Shown: positions 25,383-37,400 of the stretch, one piece after another | Numbering within the stretch: the stretch's first letter is position 1 | Layout of the letters: every line of letters begins with the position of its first letter | NCBI GenBank assembly: GCA_000442015.1 | Contig: KE561209.1 | Coordinates: forward strand, 62,001-126,000 | Length of the DNA stretch: 64,000 nt | From: Rozella allomycis CSF55 | Taxonomy: Eukaryota | Direction: 5' to 3' | Notes under the pieces: generated by a model | What the model saw: only the letters and a program-made list of their open reading frames with translations | Databases searched by the model: none | What the model was told of the DNA's origin: nothing | Made by a program: the position numbers and the translations under genes

Positions 25383-27032
25383 ATGGATGGGCTTTCAGTT
25401 TTGAGTTCATTTATATCTATATCAATTCAAGAAAAAATAAATGGAAATAGCAGCCGCTATAAAGTGCTTTTGCGTCAACTTGGCCAAGATGTATCAGAAG
25501 GTGATTCTGTTACGCTGGCACGATGGTTCCAAGCCTTGACATATTCCGTATCTAGTTTATCGCAAGAGTGTCACGAGGTTGTTAATTTAGTAGTTAGTGT
25601 TAATCCGAGTGTATGCTATGATGATTATTTTGATTTTGTTGAGAATTTGGTGTCAGCGCATCCATATTACGCTGTTCCGTGTGTATCTAATTTGGTTGGA
25701 ATGATGAAGAGTGATGTTGAGAATTTGCATGATATTATTGCAGCGATTGTGGAGATTGTGCCTATGAGTGCGAGTCATTTGCTGAAGAATGTGAATAAAA
25801 AGTTTCCATTTAACAAGGAAGATAAGCAAGTTCAGATGAATTATTTTGGGAATGTGTTCAAGTTGATGGGATATGTGCCTGTTTTGAGAAATTCGTTGAT
25901 GGAGATTGTGGTGACTAAATTGTTACAGATTGATGTTGAGATTCAAGTGGAGATTGATGAATTAGATGAAGAAGAATTAGAAAAGGTCCAAGAAGCAGTT
26001 TTGAAGGGAGGTGATGAACAAGATGAAGTTGATGAAGGGGATGAAGATGAAGATGAAAAACAAATAGAGAAAAGAAATGAGATTGTTGAGAAAGAGATAG
26101 ATTCAGATAGTGATGAGGAAGTTGATGATGAGGATGATGAAGATGAAGTGGAAGAACAAATAAGCGACATTAAAGCTAGCATTGAAACATTGGATAGTTT
26201 AATGAAATTAACGTTTGAGAATGTTAAAGAAATAATGGAGAAAGAAGAAGATAAAGAAATGTTTTTAGTTTTCATGTCAATCTTTGAAAAGACAATTTTG
26301 AGAACATTTAATTCAAGATATGTTCAATTTATATTCTTTTATGTGACTAGTTTAGATTCTAAATACCATGATATATTTCTAGGAATGTTAATGTCTAAAT
26401 TGTTTAATAATAGATCTGTAATTTTGTGTGATCCAATAAGAATATCATGTGCTGGATATATTGGTAGTTTTATTGCCAGGGGATTATTTTTATCCGATAA
26501 ATTAATTAGCAAGTGTTTTTCAATGTTGATTTCTTGGGCTGTCCAATACGTAGACAACGTTCAAGACGTAAATAAGATTGAAGATCACTCTCTATTCTAT
26601 TGTATTGTTCAAGCGTTGTTGTATATATTTTGTTTTAGATATGAACTACTAATGAATGAAACTAATAAAGAATTGCTAGAAAAAGTTCTGTTTTCATCTC
26701 TAGAACCTTTGCTTGTTTGTGTTGAAAGCGTCACAGAAGAATTTATAGACGTTTGCTCTCATCTAAACTTCATTTTCTGTAGACATCTAGTAGAAAAGAA
26801 AGAAAGAAGCCATTTATCAATTCTAGATTCATTCTTTCCTTTTGATCCTTACAAGCTAAAAGAATCAAGTCTCTTTCTTGACCCGCTAAACATTTACAAG
26901 GAATATACATCTATTAATGATGAAGTTGAACAAGAAGATAATACTATTTATGACTCTCCTTCACAAGAATCTACCTCTAGCATTACCAATCATCTGAATT
27001 CATTATGGCAACAAAATATTACTGTAAATTAA
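25383..27032 (+). CDS. RRN3: RNA polymerase I initiation factor RRN3/TIF-IA
   Basis: KLLQIDVEIQ plus acidic loop, FNSRYVQFIFFY, YIGSFIARG, QALLYIFCFR, FFPFDPYKL. Confidence 0.95.
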   Translation: MDGLSVLSSFISISIQEKINGNSSRYKVLLRQLGQDVSEGDSVTLARWFQALTYSVSSLSQECHEVVNLVVSVNPSVCYDDYFDFVENLVSAHPYYAVPCVSNLVGMMKSDVENLHDIIAAIVEIVPMSASHLLKNVNKKFPFNKEDKQVQMNYFGNVFKLMGYVPVLRNSLMEIVVTKLLQIDVEIQVEIDELDEEELEKVQEAVLKGGDEQDEVDEGDEDEDEKQIEKRNEIVEKEIDSDSDEEVDDEDDEDEVEEQISDIKASIETLDSLMKLTFENVKEIMEKEEDKEMFLVFMSIFEKTILRTFNSRYVQFIFFYVTSLDSKYHDIFLGMLMSKLFNNRSVILCDPIRISCAGYIGSFIARGLFLSDKLISKCFSMLISWAVQYVDNVQDVNKIEDHSLFYCIVQALLYIFCFRYELLMNETNKELLEKVLFSSLEPLLVCVESVTEEFIDVCSHLNFIFCRHLVEKKERSHLSILDSFFPFDPYKLKESSLFLDPLNIYKEYTSINDEVEQEDNTIYDSPSQESTSSITNHLNSLWQQNITVN

Positions 27033-27120
27033 TAAATAACAATTAAATCCCTTTAATTTTTTATATTTTCAATTTTGATATTCGGACTCATCGCTAGTGA
27101 CTACTTGCAATCACATCTCT

Positions 27121-27531
27121 TCAACGCTTGGAAGAATTTTGTGCGAATGACTTGGCATTTCTTACAGCAATATATTCTTCCGTCATAGCCACGGGATAGC
27201 AACAAAAATACTGCCACAAACTTTTCAGTTTCTTTCCAGTAAATGTTTGTGACTTTTCTCGCCTTGTACTAATACTCTCTCCCAGAGTAGTTGACTGGCA
27301 ACAAAAAGCGAGACAGCCTAATATTCCGTAAATGGATGGGCTGGGTTTACTGTCATCTAGTAGCTTTTCGATTGCGCCGTGTGTGTAGCATGGACAGAGA
27401 CAGGTGAAGCAGCAGAGAGGAGCTTCCGAGGTCCAAGATTCGTTTAGAGTGTTTTGTGGGTTGTTTTCTATATTTTTGGGATGATGGATGGCCTGTTTAT
27501 ATGGAATATCGTTCTTAAGTTTATCACTCAT
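27121..27531 (-). CDS. PLAC8/Cys-rich family protein
   Basis: CCFTCLCPCYTHG and YFCCYPVAMTEEY motifs. Confidence 0.75.
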   Translation of the reverse strand: MSDKLKNDIPYKQAIHHPKNIENNPQNTLNESWTSEAPLCCFTCLCPCYTHGAIEKLLDDSKPSPSIYGILGCLAFCCQSTTLGESISTRREKSQTFTGKKLKSLWQYFCCYPVAMTEEYIAVRNAKSFAQNSSKR

Positions 27532-27976
27532 ATTTTTGACAAAATATGTAACCCCGGTCCAGATGGTGATGAGATGGAGCAATTATTGATGAGATAAAAC
27601 TAGATTCCACAACACTAAAAATTGATAATAATTCAATAATGTCTTTATTTAAGTCTCTTCAAATTCAATTGTAACTATTCATCAACTAGTTTTAGCATGA
27701 TTTAATTTGACTAATTTTTTTAAGAATTCAGGTCTAAAGTTTGTCCGGTGTGATGAAAGATCATTGCAATTAGCAGCGGAGGTACCACTGTGCTCGTAGA
27801 TTTAACAATAGAGCAACAGTCAAATACCGGCATCTCGATTCTCGGGTATTAATTTTTAATTTGGGAATATTTTCTGTACTCGTTCAACAAATTGTGGGGT
27901 TACTGGATTTGGTGACGATAAGAGATCATCTAAGCTAAGCCGCACTTGACTCTGTTCGGGGATAGACCCTGGCAAG

Positions 27977-28897
27977 ATGAAAAAGTTTTCTACCTACTTT
28001 GTGTTATCGTACATACACGTTACAGCTGTGTTGGCCGGTCAAGCATTTTCGAAAGATGGAGTTGCAACAAAGGTCTGTGAGAGTATTCCAGTAGTTGGTT
28101 ATGCAGCAAGCGCTGTTCATGCAATAGCTGGAAACGAAGAGCATGCAAAACGCGCAGCTGCAAAATGTACCAGTTCAACCATCACTGCAGCTGGTGCAAT
28201 TTGTGGTGGAGGAGTCGGTGGTGTTCCTGCTGCAATGTTGGGGGCATCGTTAATGGGTGTCGCAGGTAATGCGGTAGAAGCAGAAATAGCGAAAAATCAT
28301 ATCCACGACGAGTTAGTAAAAGCAGATTGTACTAATCACGATGCTGTGAACTATGTAGGGGCGTTCGCGTTTGCCGCGGCTGGTGCTGGCATAGCGGGTG
28401 TAGGTAATGTCGCGGCGAAGCAAGTATTAAGAGAGTTGGGCAAGCAAGGACTAATTAAAGGTGTAGCTGGTTTCGCTGCCGGAAAAGTTGCAGAAGCTTG
28501 CTTTGTTAATGTTCCAAAAGCCTTGATCCCGAAAAATATCTCAACATTGACAGGAAGACTAGCAACACGTTCAAATAAATCTCTGCATATTAATTCCAGC
28601 AACAAGCGTTTAGCCTGTAGAAATAACGGCGACGGGGATGAATTCATAGTTTATCTGTTTAATAACAATCTAGTCGCAATATACCACAAGAAGAGTGAAA
28701 AATTTGTTACAGCTACTCCAGAGGGTACCTTAATAGCGAATGCAAGTCAAGTAAATGAACATGAAGTATTTCAGGTGAACAAACAGGGATCGAAATTGTG
28801 CTTCAAGACATGTCACAATACGTATTTTTGCATTGACGGTACAGATGTACTTCATGAAAAGGAGGAGCATAAAGCACAAGAGTTTACCATTCAATAA
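27977..28897 (+). CDS. Gly/Ala-rich (Gly-zipper-like) protein with C-terminal fascin/hisactophilin-like beta-trefoil
   Basis: Hydrophobic N-terminus, SIPVVG..VHAIAG, GGGVGGVPAAMLG. C-terminal repeats KFVTATPEGTLIANASQVNEHEVF and CFKTCHNTYF. Intronless and GC-richer than its neighbours. Confidence 0.6.
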   Translation: MKKFSTYFVLSYIHVTAVLAGQAFSKDGVATKVCESIPVVGYAASAVHAIAGNEEHAKRAAAKCTSSTITAAGAICGGGVGGVPAAMLGASLMGVAGNAVEAEIAKNHIHDELVKADCTNHDAVNYVGAFAFAAAGAGIAGVGNVAAKQVLRELGKQGLIKGVAGFAAGKVAEACFVNVPKALIPKNISTLTGRLATRSNKSLHINSSNKRLACRNNGDGDEFIVYLFNNNLVAIYHKKSEKFVTATPEGTLIANASQVNEHEVFQVNKQGSKLCFKTCHNTYFCIDGTDVLHEKEEHKAQEFTIQ

Positions 28898-31492
28898 ATC
28901 ATTAGTTACGGAAAACGTTTTTTTACGACGACTTAAACTTCGTAAACTATTGTTCATAATCACGATTATGTTCGCTTGATACTACATTTAAAGATTTAAG
29001 CAGTTGACCACTCTGTATGTCTATTATACCAATATCATGTAAATGAAATCTGCGTTTTTTAAGAAAGTTTCAAATTGTCACTCATCTATATTGTAGTACA
29101 TTTTATAGACTCATCAAAACAGGTCCCACAAAAGTGTGGTGTTATATTGGTTAACAAACAAATCTTATGAGCAACACTGAGGATATAATAGGTGCGCATA
29201 TTTGCATCCATTGGACACCGTCGATTCTGATCACGACGGGGACCTTTCGACCAACAAGAAGTAGCGGTCGCCCTTAAAGCGTCGATACGTATAGCCAAAC
29301 ATAAGACAGAACTAGCTCGTTGCCACTCCATCTTTCTATTTTCGTTATTTCTCTACCAATAACTTTACCCCTTTCCCTTTTATCTCCGATTCCATTGTCT
29401 TCCAAGTTAATTATTTCGTTTTACTTTTCATTATTTGTTGAATAGAATTTGCCAATACAAATTTACCCTTTCATTTTCGTTCAAAAAGATCCGCTGCATT
29501 AGTTGTTTCTCAAATTTTAGAATATCAAAATTTTCAGTTTTAGTTTCATCTAATTCAGAATGAAAAAATAAGTATTATGGAATGTAACCATTATCAATAA
29601 TCAAAGACAATGGGTTAATGAAGAACCCGAACATTTAATCTAGTTTCCCCTATAAGCTAAGTCATTTTCTCTGGTCACATCTATTATTGCTAATTGAATA
29701 ATTCTGTCTATTCCCTCATTTTCGATCTTATTCTTAAGTCATTCCATGTTTCCGAATTTTCTGGGGTTTTCAGGTTGAGGCAAGGTTTGACTNTTTATTT
29801 TATTTCAAGGGTTGTATTTATACCCGATGATGATCATGAGTTTTTGCCTACCCACCACAAGCATTTTCCACAAGTCAGAAACAACCTCGCTGCGCTCCAT
29901 ATCGACAAACGAGCTCTTGTACGCATTGGGAGCTATTAAACAGCCAAAAGGGACCGTCAACCATAGCTGGTATACTATTAATAGTGCTTTACGATATTAG
30001 ATTTTAGTTTAATTATAATATTTTTTATTGTTGGTAGAAGCAAAGCCGCCAAGTCAACAAATGAGACTTGCTAGTTGGAGATTTCTGCTTGCAAAAGGCA
30101 ATCGATTTGGGCTCAAAAAATATAGATACTATTCCAGAGAATATCAAAATGCCGAAACGAAAAAGAATGGTTACTTCATTGGAACATAATTAACCTTGAA
30201 AAAGTAATTTTATCACAGTCACACTTGTGGGATTTGCGATCTGGGTTTAATCGAATATGCAATTCTTAATTCAATATCATTACAGTAAAACAATAAACAA
30301 ATTATATACCTAAAACTAGGCCCTAGGTGTATTTAAAGTTGGCACTGATTTTAAAAAAATTGTTTGCTTCAAAACTTAGAGATGTTTCTTCCATGTGTGA
30401 ACATGCTGTCGTAGAACATGGTACTGATGAGTTAAATAATATGAAAAACCTTAATATTAACAATAATTTTGATTTTGAGTACCCCGGTAGATCCAGAGGA
30501 TCAATATGGACCTCTTGTAGAAAATTTTTACTGTTCCTGAAAATTCCCTTTTAATTTTAAATAAATTTACTTACCCTGGTCAAAAAAAGACATTATCCTT
30601 TATCAATGTCAGTCTACACTTCACAACACATGCTGCATGTGGTTCCTTTGGGCAAAAATATATAAAATTACCCTATCAATGTGGGTCTTGTGGGTTTGGG
30701 CGGGTCCATTTAAACGGAAGGAAAATATTTATTAACGATATAATATGCATGTCATATCTCTAATTTTATCACAGTTGAATTTGCTGAATTCGCGTTTCTA
30801 CATGCGGGTTTGTCGAGCATAGAGTAAAAATAAAACTCTTTATAATTAAATAAAATGAAAAATATTTTTGATTACATCAAGAAGAATCCTATAAAATTAT
30901 CTCAAAAGGCAATATGAACTCCTTTATCCGAGAACATTCCTAAAAGCGCAGATAATTTTATTACAAACAATAAGCCAAACTTTAGACACCGTAAAACTAA
31001 TACTAGAAACAGGACCAAAAAGACGCGCAATTATATATTGAGAATATATTTGAAGACTATCATGAAAGATAAATAAAATTAAAAAAGATTGTAAAAAGGT
31101 ATGCGTCCCACCTTCAAAACTCTTAAGAACGCAAATATCGTATGCAAGCCAGAAGGAAGCTCCCGGTAGTCCCGCAAAGAAAAAGATAACAACAACATTC
31201 TACAGTGAATTTCATAAAGAAATAATCGTCATGACACTGAAGACTGTAAAGCTCGTCATAGCTACTCTTCTTGCTACCTATTTAATATTTTGAAATTCGT
31301 CATCACAATCGGACTTGTGGGTTTGAAGCCTTTTTCTGAAGGTTAGAGAACGGAAAATACGCATGATCTTGTTACAAATTACAAATACGCTAGAAAGAAA
31401 GCCTCTTTATAAAAAGTATATGAAAATATATATGATTAACGCAATGACTTTAGATTAAAATACTAATTTATTAAATAATTGATTAAATATGA

Positions 31493-34400
31493 TTAAATCC
31501 AAGCTTGCCATCCAGTCCAACTTCTCGCCAGAATATTAGGATCAGCAGCAATATCCAGCAAAACATCAACCTGTTTCCCTTCATCCAGTTTGCCACTAGG
31601 AATATCAATTCTCCTCTGCCTAACAATACTCAAAAGATTTTTATAGAATGGTTTAGATTTCTGACCCTGACAAAGTTCATCGCACAGTATCTCTACGGGA
31701 TTATCGCCATCAAGCTTTCTTTTAACCACATCAATTTTTTCTTGGGGGTACCAATCGGGCACAGAGCCGTCGTCGTTTGATATGTTGCCTCTCATTAGTG
31801 CGAATTTTCGCCAATCTATTAAAGGTTCTTTGACGAATATATCCAGAACAGTTTGAAAAAGCAAAGATTCAGATTTAATAGCTAGAGGAAAGGATGAAGA
31901 GTGAATTACCTTGAAGAACATTGATCATTATTGGACGCAAGAGAACGTTGGATCCTAATGGAGCCAAATAGTTTTCAATTTGCCTTGTTAGTCTAAAGGG
32001 CACCAGTTCAGGAACTCCCAAGACTTGTGTAGCTGAACCAAAAGCATGACCAAAATCAATACCAACTAGTTTTCCACTAGAATAAAAAATAGAATGTTAA
32101 TTTACGAATTTAGTTCTAATAAAAAGTTGTCTAAATGGCGATCACCAATTCCCAGTAAATAATGAGCAATATTGATAGTAGCCAGAGATTTAATGAATTC
32201 AGATCGAATAAAGAGAAACGCTTCAGAAGAGATGCATAAATTTGCCATGAAGGATCTGAAAGTATTCCAGGGGATGATAGATTCCAATTTATTCATTAAA
32301 TTTTCACAGTCAGATTTGGATGGTTTCATTAGAACGCCATTCCAATCTTTGTATTTAGAAACAAATTTATTCTTTTCAGAGATTGCTGATAACATTGGAT
32401 CATTTTTTGGACTTATTTTTGCTAAACTTTCTTTCATGCAAAGGAGGAGAGGTTTTGTGTTTTCAACCCATTGAATAGCGCCGAGTGAGAGACCCATTGG
32501 AATAACTTTGTAAGTGTTTAATGAAAGTGAATTTGAATTACAGAATGAATTTTTAGATAGAATATTGTTCACGATAGAAAAGATGTGTTGAATTCGTTGA
32601 TCTAATCTTAAATCTTCGCCAGTCTAATTAGAATGGATTAATTTGATTACTTTGATGAGAAAGTAATATTCCTTTTCATCAGATCCAATAATTTTTAATC
32701 TTTTTGGTCTTCTAAGTGAATTTAACACTAAAATTTTAGGATCAAAATGAATAATGTGAATATTCTGCAATCCAAAAACATTAACGAGATCTGAATGATC
32801 GATTGATTGAAATTTATCAAGCCATGGAGAATAACTTTTTAAAAGAGAATTGTTAACTTTTGAATTATTTTGTTTCATATTTGAATCGTAGTAAGAAATG
32901 GCCAATGAAAGAAATTTATCGCTTTTGATTTTGTTTAATTTTTCTCCTTTTGAACCAAATAGATTTATTATTGAAGATGAATGTTTTTTATTAAATTCTT
33001 TAAATTTATCACCTTGAATTTCATCCTTGTTGAATAAGAGATTAAACATTTCATTGTATTTGCTTATAGCCTTGTTTAATTCATTTCTGTTTAATAGATC
33101 ATTAATATTTTCAATGAATTGTTTAAATATCATTTCAGGTTCATTTAATTTAAACAATTCAAATTTAAATTTATCTAAAATTGAAGAATTTGTTAAATGA
33201 ATTAATTCTTGAATTTTTGGGTTAGAAATTTCATTAATTTGTTCTAGACTTGATTCTAAATTAAATTTAACGTTTTGTTTATCAATTAAAATTAAATCTT
33301 TTAAAATTGGAAATATTATATCAAAAATTGAAGAATTAATTAAACTTGTGAAATATGGAATCCATTTCTGTAATTTAATTGAATCAATTTTAGATTCATT
33401 GAATAAATATTTTAATTCTGAATGTTTTTCAATCAATCTTAAAAATATTATAAATAAATTGAAAGCATTTTCATTTCCCATTTCCATTAATTTTAATCCT
33501 TGTTTAATAACTATTTCAGCGTATTCAACTTTATTATCTCTTGAATAACATTCATTATAAAAGTAGACTGAACTCAACCGAGCATCCATTGAAGCATCAT
33601 TAACAACATTTTTATTAGTGATATCGTTTGATACCTCTTTTCTGTTTATTATTTCAATTAAATCGCTAACAGAATAAAAGTCAAAAGCTTCTCCAAGTAT
33701 TTTAAAATCAAAAACATTCTAAAATCATTAAAATTAAATGTTATTACTCTTTCAAAAGATTCTTTAATTAAACTTTCCTTTTCTTTAACAGAATTTGAAT
33801 TCTTTAATTTCAAATACATCAAATCTGCCGAATAACTTTCAAGATTAAATTTTTCAATTAATTTTTGAGCTACAATTTGATTTCCTTGTGATAAACAAGC
33901 TTCAACCATTTCTTTAACAAATTCCTTTTAATTTGAATAATAAATAAATTACATTTTGATTATTTAAAGGATAAAGAATTCTCATTTGATCCCATTCAGC
34001 AATACTTGAATTAATTGTAGGAATTATCAAACTCTTTAAACAAGGACTATCATGACAACTTTTTTTTGAATTGATCAAATTCTCCACTAAAACATTCTTT
34101 TAAATCAAATAGATTCTCATTTACTTTATTTAAATCTTGCAACAACTTTAATTTAACACTAGTAGCCAATGGATTAACAAGTGACCATTTATTCTTAAAA
34201 TTTTCAAACCCAATTTGATTAAAATAAGAAGCTTCATTCAATCTATCCTTGAAATAGAAACAAGAAGCAATTTCACAACTAAATTTATCAATCAAATAAT
34301 TTCTATTTTCAGTTTCAAGAAATGTTTCAATAAAATTCAACAAGGGGTTTGTTGGAATTCTCTTAAATGTTAATGATTTTGAATAATCTTCAATTTCAAG

Positions 34401-37400
34401 ATAAAGAAAACTTGAAATGAAGTTTGAAACCATTGAATCTCTCCATTCTTCATCCCACGCCCTTTCAAACTTGAAATCTAATGAATAACTCGTTGAAAGT
34501 GCTAAATCATCCCATCTACACAGATTCTTTAGTGATTCTAAACATTCTTGTTCCCAAAATACAACCTTTTATTAAACATCAATATATTCTACTTGAGAAT
34601 GAAACTCTTCTTGTTCTGCCATTTCTGATTGCAACAGTGATGAAAATAGTTTATAACTCTTATCAAATTGTCCCATCATTGAATAATTTATTGCATCTTT
34701 TATATTTTATTTATTAATTGAATTTACCTTTGGTTTCTTTTGAAATTATTTCTGAATTTTCAAAAATAGAATGATAAATCCAATTCAAATTCATTTCCTT
34801 GTACAGTTTAGCCAATTCTAATTCAAATGAATCATCTTTAATCTTTTTAATCCTTTTCCCTTTATCTTCTTGTTTATTAAACAAAATATAATTTTCTAAA
34901 CAATTTATTCCAATTAGACAGTTATTTGATTTTATTGAAACATTTGTTAATTGATTTATTAAAGGTTTAATGTCGTTTGGAAACAAGGAGCATAAATTTA
35001 GAAATGATGAAATTAAAGAATTTGAATTCAAGTTTGAAGAAAGAAGAAGAGAAAATGCTTTTTCCATTGTAGATTCAACAAGCGTTGCTAAAGAAGAATC
35101 AAACGCTATTAATGATTTTAATAAACTTGTGAAAACTATTCTTGATAGTTCATTATCTAAACTACAGAGTGATTGAAGTGGAATCAATAATTCTGAATGC
35201 TTGATTTGAATATCTGGCAACTCTCCTGTTCTATAGCTTCTCATCATTTTAATCTTGTTTGCTTTAATTTCATTAATTCTTCTATTCAATCTTTCTTGTT
35301 TCTTTTGCTTCAAATCTGCCATTCTCTTAAAATATTCTTTTGAATTGTCAGCTGTTTCATCTACTATGAATCTCTTTGTTCCCAATCTTTCATTAAACAA
35401 CAACGATGACTTTGTATTCAACGGTGTGTGCATTATACTTTCAACTTCAGTTACCATTTGAGTTGATTGTGTTGGTGTAAATTCAAATTCAGTCATAGTT
35501 GCCTTTAACTGCAACGATTCCCCTTCTATCCCTTCTACCCCTTCTTCTACTACTTCTGCATCTGTTGCTAGAGTAGAATTGAAAAAACTAGAAATAGAAT
35601 TCCAACTCGTATCAATCTGCTGATTATTAAATCTAACATTCGGCAATCCCTCTTGAAACAACAATTCATCCCTAGACTCATTAACCAACAATCCAATAAT
35701 CAAATTAATAAAACTAGATTGGTAAATTTCTTCAATTTCATTAAAATAGAAATCTTTTAAGATTATTCTACATCTTTCAATTAAATCCAAAGACAAGTTT
35801 GCTTCTTGATTGAAAAAGTTTAATACTTTGGTTTGCATATATGGATCATTCATCATTTCAATTAGAATGATTAAACATTTTGATTCAATTTCTAAATCTA
35901 TTCTCTTGTATATTAAACAAATGAATTCAAAATATTTCAATTTTATTTCATTGTTGGAATTACACAGAAATGATTCTTTTAGTTTATTAAATATTAAATC
36001 CAAATCTTTTCTTGTTAGTTTATTAGATATTTCAATTAATAGATCCAATATTATTAAACTAGTTTCATCATCCCTTTTAAAATTTGAATTTAATATTTTA
36101 CTTTTTAATTAAATGAATAAAATCTATTGAAAGTAATTGATTGAATTCAATAGAATTGTTATTCATTTTTATTAAATCTAGAGCCATAACAGACAACTTG
36201 CCATGTAACTTTGGTAAATTAAACATTATAAAATTCAAATAATCAACTGAAATTGGTGGATAATGAATACTTGTTTTATGTAAAACATTAATGAAATAAT
36301 CTACACTTGATTGTATCAAATTAACTTGTTTCAAATACAATGTTGAAATATAATCAAATTTCTCTTTATCTTTTTCAGAATAGAAATCTAATAATAATCC
36401 AACAACTTCAGCACACGACAATCCAACATTCTTATCATTAATGTTTATTAATTCTATAAACTTTAAAATCAATTCTCTACAAGTATTGTTTTTATTTAAA
36501 GGAAATGGATCAATTTTATTTGTTAAAATAGCTCCCAATAATTGACATCCAGTAAGTATAACAGATCCTCTTTGTTTCAACATTTCATTAATTATTTCAA
36601 TTGGAATTTCACAATTAGAGCCATAAATTTCAAGTAAATGTTTGACTATTGTTAAATTATTCTTTAAAATATGTTTCTTTTCATTCCATGTATTATTAAA
36701 CAAGTATTCAATAAATTTCAAACAAATATTTTCATCAATACTTTTTTTACATTTCCAATCTATTAACAATAAACAAATATCTTGTATTAAATAGTTGAAC
36801 CCTTGACCAAATTCATTTCCTCTTGAAACTAGATTCATTAATCCATTAACAAACTTTTCAGCGAATGGTTTAAACTTGCTATTTAAATTTAATAATATTT
36901 TAACAGCGAATAGTTTAATATTCAAATGATAATCACCATTCAACAAGTCTGATAGAATCTGAACGAATAATTCTGGAGAATCATTTAAACTAAATAGAAA
37001 ATCAAATAAATCTAAAACAGAAACAAAAGAATAATTTTCAGTAATTTTATCAATTTCAATTTCCAAACTCGAACCATTTAACGTAGTTAAGCTATTTAAG
37101 CTATTTAGATTATTTGTATTGTGGATAATAGCATCAGATTTAAACGATGGATCAATTACTTGACTTAAACTACTATCTACAAAATATTGCGTTGAAGTCA
37201 TGTATCTATTTTTATTCTCAACAACCAAGCCATTCAATCGTTTTCTTCTCAAGGGTGAATTCAATTCAACAGTAAAATTATATTTCTCATCAAGATTNNN
37301 NNNNNNNNNNNNNNNNNNNNNNNNNNNNNNNNNNNNNNNNNNNAAAATGTTAATCTTCTTTTGTGTCTTTTTTAAGATGGAACAAAGACAAGAATAAGAT

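Noticed and set aside
29086-30554. Short ORFs in the intergenic island
   Set aside because: No recognisable motifs or splice-consistent model; cannot be supported as genes.
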